This document shows, piece after piece, positions 1-10,569 of a stretch of DNA of 64,000 nt. Position 1 is the first letter of the stretch, and every line of letters begins with the position of its first letter. Source of the stretch: Candidatus Vogelbacteria bacterium RIFOXYD1_FULL_46_19 (lineage in GTDB: Bacteria > Patescibacteriota > Minisyncoccia > Phycocordibacterales > XYD1-FULL-46-19). Under the pieces are notes generated by a model. That model saw only the letters and a program-made list of their open reading frames with translations. It had not been told where the DNA came from and made no database searches. The translations under genes and the position numbers were made by a program. The stretch spans positions 70,020 through 134,019 of the forward strand of contig MHTK01000002.1 in assembly GCA_001824825.1 (NCBI GenBank), read 5' to 3'.

Positions 1-5
1 GGTCA

Positions 6-395
6 TCATTTTGTTGATTGTTTAGGTTGATGGGGTTTTACTCTGGGAACTAATTTTGCCAATTTTTCCTCGGCTTTAACTGTCATCGAAGTGACCACCA
101 CCATCGCTGTCCAACCCGGTAAATTATTTAAATAGGGTATAAATTCCAGGACCGGCATCCCAAAAAAAGAAATCGTGCGCCATTTGTTACCTAAAAATTT
201 TACTCCTTTCATTGTAAACCATAACCAAAAGGTAAGCCAAGCAAAAGGCCACACAATATAGCCCGCTACCACGCCCCCGATCCCCCCAAGTGGTAAAGTC
301 ACAAAAGTAAAAAAAGCCGGAATGCCATCAAAAAACAAAGCGGTAGCTATCATAAAAAAATTATCTATAAAGTTTAGTTTCGGCTGATCAGACAT
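6..395 (-). CDS. Small membrane protein downstream of VirB4-like gene
   Basis: 129 aa, several hydrophobic segments; start overlaps the stop of the VirB4-like gene. Confidence 0.75.
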   Translation of the reverse strand: MSDQPKLNFIDNFFMIATALFFDGIPAFFTFVTLPLGGIGGVVAGYIVWPFAWLTFWLWFTMKGVKFLGNKWRTISFFGMPVLEFIPYLNNLPGWTAMVVVTSMTVKAEEKLAKLVPRVKPHQPKQSTK

Positions 396-2208
396 TACCG
401 GGCGAGGATTGCATTTTTAACTCATCTTTGGCTTTTTTGATAGAGAGTAGTTGGGATGGGTCGGAAGTAATAATCTGGTCTTCGGTATAAGAGGCAATAA
501 TTTTAATCGCCACCCGCTTCAGGCCGGCAAAAAAGATTCCTTCACCCACATTAGACTCCAACAGTAAGAATTTTTCTTCATCAGTTAGATTGAAAGTTTG
601 TTGGATTAGGTCGATTGAAGCTGGCGACTGTTTGAGGAGGAGTTGGAGGGAGGAGTTGGTGATAATTGGTGTTCCATAAGGGCTACGGAGGAAGTCCCCT
701 ACGTCTTGGGTGATAGTGGCGACACCCAAGTAGTATTTACGACCTCGCTTGACCAAGGAGAAGAGAAAAGAGGCAGTGTCCTCGGCCTTCATCATCCACC
801 AAGCCTCATCCACCACCATGAGGCGCTTTTTTAAATTACGGCGAATAGTGTTCCAAATGTGGTGCATCACAATGTACATAGCGACCGGCTTCAAATCGTC
901 TTCCATGTCTCGAACGGAAAAGACCACAAATTGTTTATTGATATCCACGTTGGTTGGCTTATTCAAAAAGCCCGACCAGGTGCCCTGGGTGTATTTAGCC
1001 AGACGCTGGGCCAGGGACTCCCCGCCTTCCATCCCCGCCAAAACTAATTCCAGGTCAGACAAAAGTGGGACCGGTTTGTTGGTAAAGTCGGTGCTGGGGG
1101 TAATATCTTTGAGGGCGTAAGTCTCGGAAATGGCATTGTCTATAATCGAGTCCTCTTCCGGGGTTAAGCCCCCAAGCATAATACGCATCAAGCCGACTAG
1201 GTTGATAATATTAGACCGCAAGACGTCGGCCGGAGCCTCGTCTTCTCGCGGAAAAGGTAGATCAAACGGGTTGATATGATGCTCTGATGACAAAGAAATA
1301 TTGAAATAGCGTCCGCCCACAGCTTCGGCTAAAAATTCATACTCTCGCTCCGGGTCGATGACAATAACGTCGATACCGTACATTAAGCTACGTAAGAGCT
1401 CTAACTTGGTGGCATAAGATTTGCCGGAACCAGACTTGGCAAAAGTGACCGAGTTGTAGTTTTCAAGGGAAAAGCGATCAAAGAGAACGAGGGACGAGTT
1501 GTGGCGGTTGACGCCGTAGAGGATCCCCTGATTGGAGGTGAGGTCGAAAGATACAAAAGGGAAAAGGCTAGATAAGGGCGAGGAGTTGAGTTTGGTGTGG
1601 ATAGATAAAACATCATCACCAAGAGGGGCTACACTCTGGAACCCTTCTTGTTGTTGAAAGAGGGCCGGTTTAATGTAAACCAGCTTGGCGTCTAAAATAG
1701 ACTTGATTTCGGACTCAGTCAGGTCCAACTCTTCTTTGTCAGCCCCGTAAATGGTGATATAGACGCCAATATCAAAAATTCTTTCCTGGGCTTGCTGAAG
1801 CTGGTCGCGCAGAGTTTCAATATCGGAGTAGGCTGTATCCAAAATAGGATCCCGGACAAAACCTCGTTCTTCCTTAATACTAATCTGACTTTCTACCTCG
1901 GCTAATTTTTTTTGTAAATCACGCAAGGCGGTCCCAGTATCGATAGGGTGGATAAAAATTGACACATCGAACACCTTATCTAGGTTGATGATCGGTGAAA
2001 ACCATTCTTCGGTTAAAAAACGTGGATAAGAGATAATAAAGAAGGTGCGGGCCATCTTGCTACCCAAGCTCACTTGATTGGGGGTGATACGTAGAGCCGA
2101 CGGCGCAATAATGTCACGGAGCTCCAGTACCCCCATATCGTAGATATCTTGGGGCATCACCGGGTTGATGTTTGGAGTATTTTTTTCTTTTTTATTAAGT
2201 GGCCACAT
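388..2208 (-). CDS. VirB4-family type IV secretion ATPase
   Basis: Walker A-like AKSGSGKS, IDPEREY, Walker B VVDEAW, KRGRKY..ITQ motifs; follows a PrgI-like gene. Confidence 0.9.
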   Translation of the reverse strand: MWPLNKKEKNTPNINPVMPQDIYDMGVLELRDIIAPSALRITPNQVSLGSKMARTFFIISYPRFLTEEWFSPIINLDKVFDVSIFIHPIDTGTALRDLQKKLAEVESQISIKEERGFVRDPILDTAYSDIETLRDQLQQAQERIFDIGVYITIYGADKEELDLTESEIKSILDAKLVYIKPALFQQQEGFQSVAPLGDDVLSIHTKLNSSPLSSLFPFVSFDLTSNQGILYGVNRHNSSLVLFDRFSLENYNSVTFAKSGSGKSYATKLELLRSLMYGIDVIVIDPEREYEFLAEAVGGRYFNISLSSEHHINPFDLPFPREDEAPADVLRSNIINLVGLMRIMLGGLTPEEDSIIDNAISETYALKDITPSTDFTNKPVPLLSDLELVLAGMEGGESLAQRLAKYTQGTWSGFLNKPTNVDINKQFVVFSVRDMEDDLKPVAMYIVMHHIWNTIRRNLKKRLMVVDEAWWMMKAEDTASFLFSLVKRGRKYYLGVATITQDVGDFLRSPYGTPIITNSSLQLLLKQSPASIDLIQQTFNLTDEEKFLLLESNVGEGIFFAGLKRVAIKIIASYTEDQIITSDPSQLLSIKKAKDELKMQSSPGNV

Positions 2209-2211
2209 AAA

Positions 2212-2856
2212 TTAGGTTTTTACTGTTGGTACTCCTCGTTCGCCTGGGTTGAATATTTTAAAGTATAACTCAATCAATTCTTCTGTATTTAAACGAGCGG
2301 TTTTTACCCCTACTCGCCCCAGGCCGTCGGCTACCACTCCCAAGCGCTGTTCCAGTTGAACTTTATTATTTTGGAAATCTTCTTTGGTGGCGATTTTGGT
2401 GGTTTGTTGTTTGGATTTAGATAAGAAAGGTAGTTTAGACATTATAGTATCAGTGGTTTGAATAACTGATGGCTGATACGGGACGACAATAAAAAAGGTT
2501 TTTGTCATCACATTAGTAGCCTCGGTGAAAGTCTTGATAAAGTTCATATACTCGCGGGACTGAATTTTAATCAGTTCATTAACATGCTCCTTGGTGACCG
2601 CTTCTAAACTTGCTAAATAGGGCTGAATATCAAGCTTTTTTGACTGCAGATGAATTTGAATGGAAAAATCAAGCGAGTTTAAAAAATTTTGATACTGCAT
2701 AATAACCGCTTCTCGTTCGTCGGTGGACTTGAGAGCAAAGTTGATCGATGAGCCGATTAGTACTCCGCGATAGCTACCATCTTTTAAAATGACAATCCCG
2801 TCGCGAATTTCACGTAGGGCGACAAAATCTTGCGTTGGCTTTGCTTTAATGGCCAT
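2212..2856 (-). CDS. T4SS-associated protein (VirB4/TraC N-terminal-like)
   Basis: IRDGIVILKDG..SINFALKS..FLNSLDF..QI motif; lies between the prgI-like and virB4-like genes. Confidence 0.75.
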   Translation of the reverse strand: MAIKAKPTQDFVALREIRDGIVILKDGSYRGVLIGSSINFALKSTDEREAVIMQYQNFLNSLDFSIQIHLQSKKLDIQPYLASLEAVTKEHVNELIKIQSREYMNFIKTFTEATNVMTKTFFIVVPYQPSVIQTTDTIMSKLPFLSKSKQQTTKIATKEDFQNNKVQLEQRLGVVADGLGRVGVKTARLNTEELIELYFKIFNPGERGVPTVKT

Positions 2857-2858
2857 AG

Positions 2859-3257
2859 CTAATTGATATGTTCTTTAACATCTAAACTCCAAGACAACTG
2901 GTCTAACCGGCTCTCTGATATTTTTGGTAAGTCGATAGCGGCTTGGGCAACGACGGGTTTGGAGCGGGGTTGAGCGGTGGAACCTTTTTGCCAGATGTAT
3001 AGTTTGCTACCGAGGTAATATTTGAGCATTGACTGAATCACGTAAATTAACGAGCGGTTATTGAGTTTGTAGAAAGCGAGACCCAAGCCGCCGGCGATAG
3101 CTATGGCCATCGGCACCAAGGCGATATAAAGCGGTAACAAGACATAAAGTAAAAAGGCTACCGCCAGTCCCCCGACCACGAAAATAAACTGCGGAAATGA
3201 CAAGGGGCCAAAAATTTTATTTTCGACTTCGATAAATTGTGGCACTTGGAAGTTCAT
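2859..3257 (-). CDS. PrgI-family membrane protein
   Basis: FQVPQFIEVENKIFGPLSFPQF N-terminus followed by two TM helices. Confidence 0.85.
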   Translation of the reverse strand: MNFQVPQFIEVENKIFGPLSFPQFIFVVGGLAVAFLLYVLLPLYIALVPMAIAIAGGLGLAFYKLNNRSLIYVIQSMLKYYLGSKLYIWQKGSTAQPRSKPVVAQAAIDLPKISESRLDQLSWSLDVKEHIN

Positions 3258-3488
3258 TCTATATATTTTGCTCGGTTGGAGTCATTTAGTCTGACGGTTT
3301 AAAACTTTAGGTATTAAATTAAGGACTTAAGTCTCCCTATTATTTCCATCTTTTATTTTTACCCTACTGGTTCACTAATTATACTACAGATCGTTCTTTA
3401 GTGGTGAATAGGTTGTTGAAAATAGTTAGGTTTTAGAAAATAAGGGTGAGGAAAAAGGCTGCCATCATCCCTGCCGTATGATTACTCT

Positions 3489-3953
3489 TTACTCTACCGA
3501 TTCGCGATAGGGGTCGGCGTCAGCCAAGCGTGACGGAGCCGGAGGTAGGTTTACATCATCCGACTCCCCGGTTTCAAAAATAGATTGCATTTTTTGGTTA
3601 AAAATGTTTTGGCCGGGCTTGGCAACAGGTGTTTCTAGGGGAGGATTTTTTAAGTAATCGCGAACTTGAGCAAATATTTTAAGGTCAATTTCGTGGGCAA
3701 TATCATTGGCTTTGGTTTGATCAAGGTTTAAGGTGCGAGCCAAGCGGGCGGCAAACAAGTGAGGCCGGGTAAAGCCAAAGAGGACTAAACCGGTTTCATC
3801 GGCCACTTTCCCAATCTCGTCAATATGGAGCTGGTGCTGGTCGCCAATCGCTTTAATAATTTTTGCGGTATCAACCGACAAGACAGCGTCTTGGACGATA
3901 GCTGGTAGACTTTTGAAACGTTCTTGAATTTGTTCGTGGGTGTAATCGGACAT
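3489..3953 (-). CDS. Hypothetical protein with C-terminal DPYRE motif
   Basis: 154-aa ORF 8 nt after the upstream gene; ends ADPYRESVE. Confidence 0.75.
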   Translation of the reverse strand: MSDYTHEQIQERFKSLPAIVQDAVLSVDTAKIIKAIGDQHQLHIDEIGKVADETGLVLFGFTRPHLFAARLARTLNLDQTKANDIAHEIDLKIFAQVRDYLKNPPLETPVAKPGQNIFNQKMQSIFETGESDDVNLPPAPSRLADADPYRESVE

Positions 3954-3961
3954 TAATTATA

Positions 3962-6562
3962 TTAGTTATAGGTTGTTTTTGGACCAAATCTATCAGGTTT
4001 TTGATAGTCACCCGCTCCAGCCGGGGTTACCACTTCTGGGGTTTTAGGGGCAGCTGGCTTAGGTGTAGCTCGGGTGGCTAGATACTCTTTTGTCTCACTA
4101 TTTCCGTGCGAGTCAATTGCTTTTTCAAGTTGACGCCAGTTATTAGCGCTCATGTTTCCACTTTTCTCTATTTGCTCCAAGTCTTTTGGAGTCACTTCTT
4201 TAACTATTTTTTCATTAGCGAGGATTTCGGGCTTGATAGCCGCTCGGTTCTTGTAGGTTAGTTTACCCATTTCCTCAATGATGGTCGTGGCGGTCTGGTC
4301 GTCTAGTGACTGTAAGTCGGTGGCGTGGTTGTTGATGGCTTCTATAGCAGTGGCCGTGTCGTCTTTAGCCGCTTGCTCCATTAAATCTTTTTGAGCCTTT
4401 TTGATTTTATGGTCTTTGTCGCCAGCTTGGCCTTTACGTAGGGCGCTTATAGCTTGTTTTAGACTCTCGTTTGGTCCCTTGTTAGCTTCGGTTTCAAATA
4501 TGGCTTTATCGGTGTCGGAGAGGGCTTCGTAAGCCAGTTTCTGGTAGTCTGCACTTAAGGCGGCAAAGTTCTTTAATTGTTCTTCATTGTTGGCCTCTTT
4601 TGTTACCGGCTTGCCATCTTTATCTTTTACTACGTTACCCTCGGCATCCTTAACTACCGTCTGTCTCAGTTCTTCCCGCAAGCGCTTGCCGAACTCCTCA
4701 TCAGCTTTTTCTCTCCTTTCTGGATCTTTAATTCCATTGCGCAGGGCTTTCATGTTTTCAGCTAGGGCTGGATTATCTTTAACGTTTTTGATTTCCAGAT
4801 CAGCTTTTTCTCGGTCACTTAGCTTCTCGTAATTCTTCTTGCGGTCTTCTTCATTTAGGTTACTCAAATATTCCGCTTTAAGTTTAGGATTACGCAATTG
4901 CCCTGCTATTTCTTCTTGGCGCTTTTGTCGTCTGTCTACGGTTTGAGTGTAGCCCCGGTCGGTACCGAAGCCATATCCAGCCACACCCGCCATTGCTTTA
5001 TTGGCTGCCCAGCCTATCTTTGGAGTTTTAGCTGTTAATTTTTTCATTCCATCTGAATTCTGAGCCTTCTTAGCAAGTATACCAATAGTGTTGCGTCCAG
5101 CTACACCAACAGCTCCTACAGTAGCGCCCCGTGCTGCCCACTTGGACAAACCAATTGCTTTGTTTGAAAAAGAGCTTCCTAGTTGACAGCCAACTTTCTG
5201 GGCAATTAACATTGAACCTAGCATTAAGCCGTTTAAGGTTAAAAAGGTAAAAATTTGTCCGGTCGGACCACTGGTGGTAATAGAATTAGAAGCTGCAGTA
5301 TTTAAATTTTTCATTATACCCAGTGTCACATACAAAAAAAACATAAATAGTGGGGCAAATAGCAGGTCACAGCGTAATCTGGTTGACCATAGGTTAAAAA
5401 CTTCTTTCAAGGGCGTGAAAGTATAGCCCAAAAAAGCTAAAGGTGAGGTCATGATTAAAAATAGGAGCGATACTCCTCGAATTAAAAACAAAAGAGAGGC
5501 TGCTAGAAGGGTAAATATGGTTATGGTTTGTAATATTAAAATCCCAATGTTTTTTACAAGTACCCCAGCAGTTAGCTTGAAATAGCCACTATTGTAGTCA
5601 TTGGGAGATTTAATTCCTTCAAAAAATGATAATTGATCTCTGAATGGTTGAGCGATACTTGGATCTTTATTGGGGTCATCTCCAATTTGTTGGTAAAAAG
5701 TCATGGCCACAATATTGGAGGCATCAATGGCAACTTTGGTTATAAAACCACTGAAATTAACCAGTAAGGCTATGACTATCACATTGACCAAGGTTTTTTT
5801 GGTGTTGACATTTGGTAGTTGTAAGATGGTTCCAATGGCAAGGTAAAGTAATATAAAAATAAAGAAAATGTTAGACAAGTCTCTGGCAACCGTCCATCCA
5901 ATATCAATTACCGACAAGTCTGTTACGTAATCCCTGAAGTCGGTGATAGTGGTTTTAACTATGTAAGCAAAAAGGGTATCAGCTAAACTAATTACCCAAG
6001 TGTAAAGCCACAGTAAAATACTAGATATGCCGTCTAAAATCCCTGCAAGACAGCCGTCCCAATTTGGATTAGTGCTGATAAGGTTGCAGTTGTAAACTTG
6101 CTGATCTCGTATGTTTTGAACTCTTTCACTGTAGGTGTTACTACTGGTTGTGCTGTCTTGAAGACGTTCCTCTCTAAGAGCAATTTGTTCTCTTAGTCTT
6201 TCAGCTTCCTGGGTGTTGTTATTATCTTCCGCAATTTGGGCGAGCGCATTATCTCTCTGAATAGTTAATCTTTGGATTTCTCTTCCTATTTCACCTATAG
6301 CCAAAATGTTGTCTTCTGCATCTCTATCCCCATCAATTCCAAGCCAATTTGTAAAAAAATCACTCCACCTTGTGGTTCCCCAGTCAGCCTGGCTTGCTGC
6401 TAATTCATCATATTGATTTTGTAGATTTGCTATATCTTCCTCAATTATTCTTACGAATTCCTCTTGGGATATTGGAGTTTGGGCATTTATTAATAGGGGT
6501 GATAGTAAAGTACATATCACTAAAGTAGAAATAATAATTTTTTTTAAGAATGAGATTCTCAT
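3962..6562 (-). CDS. VirB6/TrbL-like polytopic membrane protein with charged C-terminal tail
   Basis: Signal peptide; GW..ARDLSNIFFIFILL..ALLVNFS..IDASN multi-TM core; T4SS context. Confidence 0.7.
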   Translation of the reverse strand: MRISFLKKIIISTLVICTLLSPLLINAQTPISQEEFVRIIEEDIANLQNQYDELAASQADWGTTRWSDFFTNWLGIDGDRDAEDNILAIGEIGREIQRLTIQRDNALAQIAEDNNNTQEAERLREQIALREERLQDSTTSSNTYSERVQNIRDQQVYNCNLISTNPNWDGCLAGILDGISSILLWLYTWVISLADTLFAYIVKTTITDFRDYVTDLSVIDIGWTVARDLSNIFFIFILLYLAIGTILQLPNVNTKKTLVNVIVIALLVNFSGFITKVAIDASNIVAMTFYQQIGDDPNKDPSIAQPFRDQLSFFEGIKSPNDYNSGYFKLTAGVLVKNIGILILQTITIFTLLAASLLFLIRGVSLLFLIMTSPLAFLGYTFTPLKEVFNLWSTRLRCDLLFAPLFMFFLYVTLGIMKNLNTAASNSITTSGPTGQIFTFLTLNGLMLGSMLIAQKVGCQLGSSFSNKAIGLSKWAARGATVGAVGVAGRNTIGILAKKAQNSDGMKKLTAKTPKIGWAANKAMAGVAGYGFGTDRGYTQTVDRRQKRQEEIAGQLRNPKLKAEYLSNLNEEDRKKNYEKLSDREKADLEIKNVKDNPALAENMKALRNGIKDPERREKADEEFGKRLREELRQTVVKDAEGNVVKDKDGKPVTKEANNEEQLKNFAALSADYQKLAYEALSDTDKAIFETEANKGPNESLKQAISALRKGQAGDKDHKIKKAQKDLMEQAAKDDTATAIEAINNHATDLQSLDDQTATTIIEEMGKLTYKNRAAIKPEILANEKIVKEVTPKDLEQIEKSGNMSANNWRQLEKAIDSHGNSETKEYLATRATPKPAAPKTPEVVTPAGAGDYQKPDRFGPKTTYN

Positions 6563-9500
6563 CTTGCTAGGGTGATTGATTTAGTGATGTTCCCACCAGG
6601 GCTGGTGCATTCTAGCGAATAGTTGGGAGACAGGCTCGCGTCTATTGCTAAGCCATTTAAAGCAAAATAATAAGAACTAAAAACTGGATAAGCCGGATTG
6701 GTTGACGAGTTTCTGGCTAAGTTTATTTTTTCTAGTAATTTTTGACCTAGTTGGGATTGGGTTAGATTTTCAGTTACGGTAAATTCAACTAAATTAGTGG
6801 ACCCTACGTAAGGCCAAAAGGATACGGTGTATTTATCTCCAATTTGGATATCAGCCGGTAGCGGTAGTTTGTTAAGAGTAGATGTTTTAGAAGAGTTAAC
6901 CGAAGTGGCTATTTCTATGGAGTTATCAACATTGTTTCGAGTACGAATGAAACGCGGTTTGAAATTTAGGGGCAAAGATATGGTTCTTTCACTCTCACTA
7001 GGTACAACTGACCCTTTGGCATAGATTAAAGTGGGAGCGTCTGTACTATTTCCAGAAAACCAGTTGTTGGTCGCTCGACAGTTTGTGGCGCCAGGTATAG
7101 ACCAAGCTAGTTGGGCGGTGTTTGGTTGCCCGGCATTAACTTGAGAAAGTGGCAAAAGACTGTAATCAAAACTAGGTTCGGTGACAGGATTGTCGCTTTC
7201 TCCACTTCCTCCACCACCAAATAAGCTACCCAAGAGGTTTAAGATTTGGCCAATATCAAAGGAACCGGGGCCGGAACCCCCACCACCTTGGTCTGATGGG
7301 GTGTGCGTCCTAACTTCCTCTAAAGTTGGCCCACCACCAGGTGAAACATCGCCCGGCTCAGCTTCTTTATACAAATCTAAGCGGTAATTAAGGATGTCGG
7401 CAGCAGTTTCTTTGACTTGAATAGCCGGGGTAATAGTCTTCCACCGGCGACAAGCTTGACCGTCTTCGGTAAACTCTTCACACTCGCGGACTGGTAGATA
7501 GCCTTGGGCGGCTACTATTTGATTAATAGCGTCATTTTCTGCATCTGCTTGTCGTTGGACCAAGATTCGTTGATTGATTTTATAAGATGTTTCGGGACTG
7601 TTTGGAATAAAAGGATTTCTAATATTTTGATATAGTTTGGTCCACTCTTCACTGTCTGTTACTTCGCCCGTCACAAATCGTTGATAGTCTTCCAAAGAAA
7701 CTGTTGAAGTATCTGGTTTGATTGGGAGTTCTTTTAAAATTAAACTCTTGGAGACAACTTTGAATGAATCTTCAGATTTATCTAGATCATCCAAAAACAC
7801 ATTGGTTGCTTCAGGAATTACCAACTCATCCAAATGTGTCCTCAGGTTTTCCACATAAAGCGGCGCGTCTGGGCCTTGGCCGGTCGAGTCGTAACCTTTT
7901 TTGGTGTAGTCGATAAGCTCGGTTCGGTATTGTTCGGACTCTTCGTTGGCTTGTCGCCTTAGATCGACATCTTCGATAAATTCTTTTTGTTCGAAGGCGG
8001 TTTGGATGCGTTGAATCGATTTTAAGTAAGTACACATTTCGACGGTCAACTCTTCGATTTTTTTGGTGGTCTTGTCAATTTCACCGGCATAATTGTCGAT
8101 ACTGACGGTGGTCCTCATTAGTTTACCCTCTACCTCTTGAACGGGTACGTACACTCCTAAGCCCGGGATCGGTAAGTTTAGACCGCCTAATATTGGAACG
8201 TTGCCGAGTAAACCCCCAGCTACATTACCCACCGCTCCTTGCACCACGTTTCCTACTGCTCCGGTGATGCCAGTAGCCCCCAGTACATTGCTGGCAAACC
8301 CATCTAGGGCGCCACTAAAGCTATCGGTAATACCTCCCAAGACGCCACCAAAGGCGTCGGTGATCGGGCTGGTGATGTTGCCGATTAGGTTGCTGGTCAT
8401 ATCGGTAATTGGCGACAGGACCGAATCGGTAATACTGTCTAACATTCCGGTGACTGGGCTCATGATGCCGTCCATTAAACCACTTAGCTGATCAGTGATG
8501 GGAGAAATCAGGCCGTCGGTGATACCACTTAAGGCATCATCAAATACACCGGTGAATTGGCCAATAGTGTCGCCAATCACATCATCAAACACGCCAGTTA
8601 GTTCACCAAAAGTTTGGTCGATCACTGAGTCAAATTCGCCTAGTACTCCGTCTAAGACTCCGTCTAACATAGAGTCAAATTCGCCCGTTAAATCGTCTAA
8701 AATACCGCTGAGTTGTTGATCAATAACACCGGTAAATTGGCCCATCGTTTGATTAATAACATCATCTAAACTGCCGAGGGACTGGTCTAAAATTGAATCT
8801 AAGTTACCGGTGACCGAGTCTAAGACACCGTTTGTGATTTGATCGATAGATGCGTTAAGTCCGTCTAGAGCGGTGCCGGTGAATTCGTTTAACATTTCAT
8901 CGGTCAGGCGGTCGATCATGTCACTCGTTACCCCCGCTTCCCCGCTAAGTTCGTCGATTAGACCATCTTGAATCAGGGCACCTAATTCGGCCTCCATAAT
9001 TTGGGGTAGTTGTTCGGCTAGGGCTCCCGGTAACTGAGTGGTGAGGATTTCTTGCATCGCCGCCGGCAGGCCACTTCGGACGCTGTTTTGTAGAGCGTCG
9101 GGTAGTCCCGCTTCAATACTGCCCGTCATCGCTTGGCCAAAGTTGTCTTGAATCGAGCTGGTCATCAAGTCGGACATTATTTGTGACAAATCTTCTCGGA
9201 GGAGGGGTTCGATCCCTCCGTTGGTGGCGGCGTTGATGGCCTCGGGTAAGCGGTCTTGTAAGTCGGCTCGGACTAGATTGCCAAGTTCTTCGGGTAAATG
9301 TTCACGGACTTGGGTGTTTAGTTCAGCCGGTAGGCGGGTGGCAATTTCCTCTTGCAACTCAGCTGGCAAATTATCTTGCAGGACGTCGGAGGTGGCTTGG
9401 TTTAGAGCTTGGTTCATGGCTTGCCCGGCGGGGCTAGCGGCTCCCATTCCCCCTATACCACTTTCTTCCAGACATTTCTTTAAGTCTTCTTTTTGTTGTT

Positions 9501-9768
9501 GCTCTAATTTTTGTGCCTCCTCTTTAGATGCTTCCACATTAGCCTCGGCCCTTGGGTCATTTCCCCCACTATTGTTTATTTCTCGAGTAGAACTGAAGTT
9601 AAACCCACCCATACTGTGAGTAGAGGTGACACCGTTGGGGGTAGTAAATCCACCCTGAGCTTTTAAGCGAGGTAAGCCGATCATAAAAACAAAGATCACT
9701 AGGATTAATCCGATGGCGGCCAAAGTGATAGTTGTTTTAAGAGAAAAACGGTTCATAAATCTAATCAA
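6559..9768 (-). CDS. Large secreted/anchored protein with long acidic amphipathic repeats
   Basis: 1069-aa ORF, N-terminal hydrophobic segment, 11/12/15/19-residue repeats. Confidence 0.85.
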   Translation of the reverse strand: MIRFMNRFSLKTTITLAAIGLILVIFVFMIGLPRLKAQGGFTTPNGVTSTHSMGGFNFSSTREINNSGGNDPRAEANVEASKEEAQKLEQQQKEDLKKCLEESGIGGMGAASPAGQAMNQALNQATSDVLQDNLPAELQEEIATRLPAELNTQVREHLPEELGNLVRADLQDRLPEAINAATNGGIEPLLREDLSQIMSDLMTSSIQDNFGQAMTGSIEAGLPDALQNSVRSGLPAAMQEILTTQLPGALAEQLPQIMEAELGALIQDGLIDELSGEAGVTSDMIDRLTDEMLNEFTGTALDGLNASIDQITNGVLDSVTGNLDSILDQSLGSLDDVINQTMGQFTGVIDQQLSGILDDLTGEFDSMLDGVLDGVLGEFDSVIDQTFGELTGVFDDVIGDTIGQFTGVFDDALSGITDGLISPITDQLSGLMDGIMSPVTGMLDSITDSVLSPITDMTSNLIGNITSPITDAFGGVLGGITDSFSGALDGFASNVLGATGITGAVGNVVQGAVGNVAGGLLGNVPILGGLNLPIPGLGVYVPVQEVEGKLMRTTVSIDNYAGEIDKTTKKIEELTVEMCTYLKSIQRIQTAFEQKEFIEDVDLRRQANEESEQYRTELIDYTKKGYDSTGQGPDAPLYVENLRTHLDELVIPEATNVFLDDLDKSEDSFKVVSKSLILKELPIKPDTSTVSLEDYQRFVTGEVTDSEEWTKLYQNIRNPFIPNSPETSYKINQRILVQRQADAENDAINQIVAAQGYLPVRECEEFTEDGQACRRWKTITPAIQVKETAADILNYRLDLYKEAEPGDVSPGGGPTLEEVRTHTPSDQGGGGSGPGSFDIGQILNLLGSLFGGGGSGESDNPVTEPSFDYSLLPLSQVNAGQPNTAQLAWSIPGATNCRATNNWFSGNSTDAPTLIYAKGSVVPSESERTISLPLNFKPRFIRTRNNVDNSIEIATSVNSSKTSTLNKLPLPADIQIGDKYTVSFWPYVGSTNLVEFTVTENLTQSQLGQKLLEKINLARNSSTNPAYPVFSSYYFALNGLAIDASLSPNYSLECTSPGGNITKSITLAR

Positions 9769-10456
9769 GATTGAAATAAAGGTTTAAGCTGGCTTCTTTG
9801 GGAAAAATAAGGTTGTGGTTGGCAAAGTAAACGTTAATATTTTCGGTGGCCCAAAAAAAGCTGGAGGCCCTTTTCAAATATTCTTGACCACTTTCTAAGC
9901 CGAGGGTCGGATTATTAAAAATATTGGCCATATTTTCTAAAAGTGGGATAACTTGACTGAGGCTGTTGACCAAGCGTACATGAACTAGCTGGGCATCTTT
10001 AGGAACTGACAGTTTGAGAAGTTCTGTTAGGGCTAATTTGTGCATATTGATCGTTTTTTGAATGGGGGCGAGTTGACTCTGGTTTTGATTGTTGAGCGCG
10101 GCCACCATTACCTCCGCTTCGTTAGGGCGGACAGTTTCGTAAGGCTTGAGAATTCTAAAAATATCGGTGGCGTATTGCCTGATGGTGGCCTCACTCACCT
10201 CCTCGTTTATCTTTAAGTTGCCAACTTGGTAGCGAGTGTAGCTCTTGTCGGAAGCGGTAGCTGTGAGACCTTTTTGGTTTAAGCGAGACGCGACGATGTT
10301 TTCCAGGTCTCGTTCTTTATCGAGCAGGGACTGGTAGTAGGTCAGGTCAGCCTCTTCTTTTTCCGACTCTTGTTGCAAGCCGAGCCAACGTAAAACGCCC
10401 AAAACAGCAACTAGGACTAAAACAATCAGTAAGATTACTGCCAGCTTTTTCTTCAT
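9761..10456 (-). CDS. Membrane-anchored hypothetical protein
   Basis: 231 aa, N-terminal TM; first gene of the operon. Confidence 0.8.
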   Translation of the reverse strand: MKKKLAVILLIVLVLVAVLGVLRWLGLQQESEKEEADLTYYQSLLDKERDLENIVASRLNQKGLTATASDKSYTRYQVGNLKINEEVSEATIRQYATDIFRILKPYETVRPNEAEVMVAALNNQNQSQLAPIQKTINMHKLALTELLKLSVPKDAQLVHVRLVNSLSQVIPLLENMANIFNNPTLGLESGQEYLKRASSFFWATENINVYFANHNLIFPKEASLNLYFNLD

Positions 10457-10569
10457 AAATTAATACGCTTATTATACCTTTTTTTATTTAAAATAATGTT
10501 GTTTTTTGCGGTATAAAGGTGGATAACGGTTGACCTAGTGCTGGTACGTGAAATGCTATACTAATGGTG

